Part shown: positions 25,318 to 28,759 of the stretch, one piece after another | Position numbering within the stretch: the first letter of the stretch is position 1 | Layout of the letters: the number at the start of each line of letters is the position of its first letter | Origin: Opitutia bacterium | GTDB taxonomy: Bacteria > Verrucomicrobiota > Verrucomicrobiia > Opitutales > T3Sed10-336 | Assembly: GCA_050506795.1 (NCBI GenBank) | Contig: JBJHCF010000056.1 | Location: 1 to 28,759, forward strand | DNA length: 28,759 nt | Reading direction: 5' to 3' | The notes under the pieces: generated by a model | The model's database searches: none | What the model saw: only the letters and a program-made list of their open reading frames with translations | What the model was told of the DNA's origin: nothing | Program-made: the position numbers and the translations under genes

Positions 25318-26069
25318 ATAATAAGGAAGCACGTCAAATTCTGAGCGCGTACCGCCCGAGCGGCAGCGATGCGGGGGATCCACACATCCGGGAAGCCCTG
25401 GAACAGGCCCGCCGCGATCCGGAACTCGCGCGTTGGTTTGAGGAGGAAAGGCGTTTCGACGAGAAGATGGCCGAAGCGCTTCAAGGGATTTCCGTACCTG
25501 CCGAGGGGCGCACCAATACGCTGAATGCCGGGCGACTGGAAAACCGCGGAAGCATAAGGTTTCGGTCCTGGCTCGGCGGTCTGGCGGCGGCGGTGGTGCT
25601 CCTTGCCGGAATCGGCGCAGTTTATTGGACGGTGACACCCGACCGCAGTGCGGTCCGGATGGTGGAAAACACCGGGATCGACGGTTTTATCGAGATGGCG
25701 TCCGCGGCCATGCCCTTTTCTCACCGGGCGGACTCATTTGTCGATCTGCAAACGTGGCTTCAGCAACGCGGTTCTCCAGTCCCGGAGACGGTTCCCATGG
25801 CGCTGGCCGGGGCAGGGGCGCTGGGCTGCACCGTTTTCCAGGAGCCGGACGGCAGTGAAATCAGTCTCTTGTGCTTGCTGCGCGACGGGGAAGCGGTCCA
25901 CTTGTTTGTGATGCGGGCCGAGACTCCTTTGCTCGCCACTTTTCCCAGCAGGGAGTGGCAGACCAGGGAGGGATGGAACGCCTATGCCTGGGGAGAACAG
26001 GACCAAAGGTACCTGCTCATGAGCCGGGCGCCCCGGGAGGAAATGGAGAGATGGATCGATGAAGTCTGA
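25314..26069 (+). CDS. Putative single-pass anti-sigma factor
   Basis: ATGA-coupled to the ECF gene; cytoplasmic N-terminus, one TM helix (LAAAVVLLAGIGAVYW) and an extracytoplasmic domain with two Cys. Confidence 0.75.
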   Translation: MNNKEARQILSAYRPSGSDAGDPHIREALEQARRDPELARWFEEERRFDEKMAEALQGISVPAEGRTNTLNAGRLENRGSIRFRSWLGGLAAAVVLLAGIGAVYWTVTPDRSAVRMVENTGIDGFIEMASAAMPFSHRADSFVDLQTWLQQRGSPVPETVPMALAGAGALGCTVFQEPDGSEISLLCLLRDGEAVHLFVMRAETPLLATFPSREWQTREGWNAYAWGEQDQRYLLMSRAPREEMERWIDEV

Positions 26070-26072
26070 AAT

Positions 26073-26729
26073 ATGAATAGAATGAAAAAACATACCGTAG
26101 CATGCCGCCCGTGGATGCTCACCAAGGCTCTGGTTCTGAGCAGCCTCCTGGCCGGAATTCCGGCCATGGGCGACGCCGAAAACGAATGGAAGCAGGCGGG
26201 CGATGAGATCCCGGAGGCGGTGCTCAGAACCGCGGACAACGAACCTTTCACCCTCCGCGAGGCGGTCTCCGAACAACCGGCCTTGCTCATTTTTTATCGC
26301 GGCGGCTGGTGCCCGTTCTGCACCACACACCTGACCGAGGTGGCAGGAGTGGAGAAGGAGGTCCGGGAAATGGGGGTGCGGATTATCGGAATCAGCCCTG
26401 ACCGGCCCGGGAAAATAAAGGAGAGCGAGCAATCGGGCGATTTCGAGTATTTGCTATTGTCCGACAGCGACATGGAAGCGGCTCAGGGTTTCGGAATCGC
26501 CTTCCAGGTAGAGCCCGATCTGGTGCGGGTCTATAGAGAGAATCATGGCATTGATCTGGAGGCGGACTCCGGCCGGGACCACCACCTGCTCCCCCATCCC
26601 GCCGTGTTTATCATCGATACCGAGGGGGTCATCCGCTACGCTAATGTCAATCCAAACTACCGGGAGCGATTGTCCGGGGAAGAACTCATCGAAGCGGCGA
26701 AATCCGCGCTGGAAGCAACTCCTGAATAA
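26073..26729 (+). CDS. Exported peroxiredoxin-like (AhpC/TSA-type, thioredoxin fold) protein
   Basis: FYRGGWCPFC, GISPD, LLSD, LPHPAVFIID; hydrophobic leader. Start codon uncertain (26073, 26082 or 26115). Confidence 0.85.
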   Translation: MNRMKKHTVACRPWMLTKALVLSSLLAGIPAMGDAENEWKQAGDEIPEAVLRTADNEPFTLREAVSEQPALLIFYRGGWCPFCTTHLTEVAGVEKEVREMGVRIIGISPDRPGKIKESEQSGDFEYLLLSDSDMEAAQGFGIAFQVEPDLVRVYRENHGIDLEADSGRDHHLLPHPAVFIIDTEGVIRYANVNPNYRERLSGEELIEAAKSALEATPE

Positions 26730-26731
26730 TT

Positions 26732-27727
26732 ATGCCATTACAAACCGAGCAACCACCCTCCGCCAGTTCTCGCCTGGAAACGTTTCAGGCGACATTGGCG
26801 GAGCACGGCAAAGCATTGACCCGGTCCGCGCCGCGGGTCCTGCAGATCAATGTGGGAAAAATCTGCAACCTCACGTGCATCCACTGCCACGTGAACGCGG
26901 GCCCCAAACGCAAGGAGATCATGTCCGGTGAGACCGTCGACCGCATCCTGGCATGGCTGGAGGCAAATCCGATAGACACCGTGGACCTGACCGGCGGCGC
27001 GCCTGAAATGATACCCGACTTTCGGCGCCTGGTGGACCGGGTTCACGCCATGGGACTGAGTGTGATCGACCGCTCGAATCTGACCATTCTTCTCGAGCCG
27101 GGTTACGAGGATTTGCCCGAGTTTTTCGCCGAGCGCGGGACCGAGATCATCGCCTCCATGCCCTGTTACAGTCCCGACAACGTGACAAAACAGCGAGGCG
27201 AAGGTGTATTCGACGCCAGCATACAAGCCTTGCAACGGTTGAACGCTCTCGGTTACGGCCGGGAGGAAAGGCTCCCCTTGAATCTGGTGTACAATCCCCT
27301 CGGGGCCACTCTCCCGCCCGAACAGGAGGAACTGGAGGAGGATTACAAGCGGGAACTTAAGGTGCATTTCGATATCGATTTCCACCGTCTCTACACCATC
27401 ACCAACATTCCCATTTCACGCTTCGCCGCCTATCTCAAACACAATGGTCAGTTTGAAGACTACATGCGTTTGCTGGTGGAAAACTTCAACCCGGCTTCGG
27501 TCGACGGCCTGATGTGCCGGGACACGATCAACGTCGATTGGTTGGGCAACGTGTACGATTGTGATTTCAATCAGCAGATCGGGCTCACCCTCGGCAACCG
27601 GGCCGGTCCTTACAAACTCTGGGATCTCGATCTCGACACCTTTCGCAACCTGCCCATACGCACCGGCTCCCACTGTTTCGGCTGCACCGCCGGCCACGGA
27701 TCCAGTTGCGGCGGCGCCCTGGTGTGA
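26732..27727 (+). CDS. arsS: Arsenosugar-biosynthesis-type radical SAM protein (DUF3641 C-terminus)
   Basis: LQINVGKICNLTCIHCHVNAGP, DLTGGAPE, ASMPCY, LMCR..I.VDW.G.VYDCDFNQ, HCFGCTAGHGSSCGGAL. Confidence 0.85.
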   Translation: MPLQTEQPPSASSRLETFQATLAEHGKALTRSAPRVLQINVGKICNLTCIHCHVNAGPKRKEIMSGETVDRILAWLEANPIDTVDLTGGAPEMIPDFRRLVDRVHAMGLSVIDRSNLTILLEPGYEDLPEFFAERGTEIIASMPCYSPDNVTKQRGEGVFDASIQALQRLNALGYGREERLPLNLVYNPLGATLPPEQEELEEDYKRELKVHFDIDFHRLYTITNIPISRFAAYLKHNGQFEDYMRLLVENFNPASVDGLMCRDTINVDWLGNVYDCDFNQQIGLTLGNRAGPYKLWDLDLDTFRNLPIRTGSHCFGCTAGHGSSCGGALV

Positions 27728-27737
27728 TTGTTGCGAT

Positions 27738-28472
27738 ATGACGAAAAACCGATCCCGTGGCGAAACCACCGCTCCACGACTGTCGATTGTCATCCCCGCG
27801 CTGAACGAAGAAGCGCTCATCAGTGAGACGCTGAAACGCATCGACTGGGTTCCGAAGACGGAAGTCATCGTGGTGGACGGAGGCAGCACCGACGCAACCC
27901 GTAAAACCGCCGGAGCCGCGGGAGCCCGCGTCCTGCCGTCGAAACCGGGCCGGGCGGCGCAGATGAACGCCGGCGCGGCTGCCGCGCGAGGAGAGGTCCT
28001 GCTCTTTCTGCATGCGGACACGTGTTTGCCTCTTGAATACGGGGAACAGATTGAAGCGGTAATTGTTCAGCCAGGCGTGGTGGCCGGAGCGTTTCGCCTG
28101 GGATTCGATGACCCGCGTGCCAGCCTCCGCCTGGTGGCAGCCGGCGCGAATGCCCGGTCGCGATTCCGGCAGTTGCCTTACGGCGACCAGGCGCTTTTCG
28201 TGCGCAAAGACGTATTTGTCGAATCCGGAGGCTTTCGCGAGTTGCCCGTGATGGAAGACTACGAGTGGGTGCGGCGCCTCCGGCGCATCGGGCGCATTGG
28301 GCTGGCCCCCGGGCGTGTGACCTCGTCCGCCCGTCGATGGTTGCACCACGGCGTTTTTCGAACCACCATCACCCACCAACTCATGCTGTGGGGATGGAAA
28401 CTGGGTGTATCGCCCGAACGCCTGGCCCGCTGGCGTGCCAGGGAAAGGACAAAACGTAGCTCCGTGCTTTAG
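27738..28472 (+). CDS. GT2 glycosyltransferase, TIGR04283-like (arsS-associated)
   Basis: SIVIPALNE, VVDGGSTD, GRAAQMNAGA, LFLHADT, LPYGDQALF, VMEDYE, TSSARRW. Confidence 0.88.
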   Translation: MTKNRSRGETTAPRLSIVIPALNEEALISETLKRIDWVPKTEVIVVDGGSTDATRKTAGAAGARVLPSKPGRAAQMNAGAAAARGEVLLFLHADTCLPLEYGEQIEAVIVQPGVVAGAFRLGFDDPRASLRLVAAGANARSRFRQLPYGDQALFVRKDVFVESGGFRELPVMEDYEWVRRLRRIGRIGLAPGRVTSSARRWLHHGVFRTTITHQLMLWGWKLGVSPERLARWRARERTKRSSVL

Positions 28473-28530
28473 CCGGAGACTCTCCAGGCTTGGCATGTCC
28501 TTCATGCCTCTCGAACACGCCATTGACGCC

Positions 28531-28579
28531 CGCTTAAGCAGGGCGCTACAACTCTTCCCTGTAGCTCCATGCTTTAGCT
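28531..28579. repeat. Degenerate inverted GTAG-type REP-like pair
   Basis: Minus strand tgtagcgccctgcttaagcg (28531-28550) versus plus strand tgtagctccatgctttagct (28560-28579); 16/20 identical. Confidence 0.45.
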
Positions 28580-28632
28580 GACCCAACGGGGAAGGCTCAA
28601 ACCGCCCGGTTCGCGTTCGGACTGTCGCCGGC

Positions 28633-28759
28633 TGTCAGCGGTCACTTAAAACCAGCCACTAAAGAACGAATCAAAACCAGCCACCTTGAGTCAAACGGCG
28701 AGAAAGTTGCCGGTTTACCAAAACCGGGATTTTTTAGCCGGTCATGGCAAATCATCTCA
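28633..28759 (+). mobile_element. Left end of a probable IS21-family insertion sequence with start of istA
   Basis: Terminal TGTCAGCGG; internal direct repeats aaaaccagccac at 28648-28659 and 28673-28684; ATG at 28744 (MANHL...) running off the window. Confidence 0.75.

Noticed and set aside
27660..27727. Selenocysteine in ArsS or other TGA read-through
   Set aside because: The C-terminal motif is encoded as GSSC (tgc), and the TGA follows the normal GGALV end.
1..28759. tRNA, rRNA or riboswitch
   Set aside because: None recognised by eye; an Infernal/Rfam scan of 12929-13220, 19368-19756 and 22837-23068 would be needed to exclude them.

Overview
GC-rich bacterial chromosomal window, probably Verrucomicrobiota (an inference from the anti-sigma N-terminus and the LRR protein's C-terminal domain). 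The left third is accessory: a 5'-truncated SNF2 helicase, a GxxExxY nuclease-like gene embedded in inverted repeats, a SWIM protein with a Lys-rich linker and XRE HTH, a helical DUF6880-like protein, an Xre-RES toxin-antitoxin pair, a chimeric sirtuin remnant, yjbQ and a BspA-type LRR protein. The middle carries an E. coli-like ilvB with an unannotated Leu/Val leader-peptide attenuator but no ilvN, a cupin plus a secreted tyrosine-heme protein (HTHP), a DUF6364-PIN TA pair, tspO, a DUF3472-like protein and NDH-2. The right third has a LOV histidine kinase, a REC-LytTR regulator and a fasciclin gene, then a B12 radical SAM and an ECF sigma/anti-sigma/peroxiredoxin-like/arsS/glycosyltransferase operon, ending in the left end of a probable IS21 element. 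Two classes of intergenic palindromic repeats are scattered through the window. The best candidates for an undescribed system are the GxxExxY-repeat cassette and the LOV-LytTR-fasciclin module. All family assignments are by eye; no searches were run.
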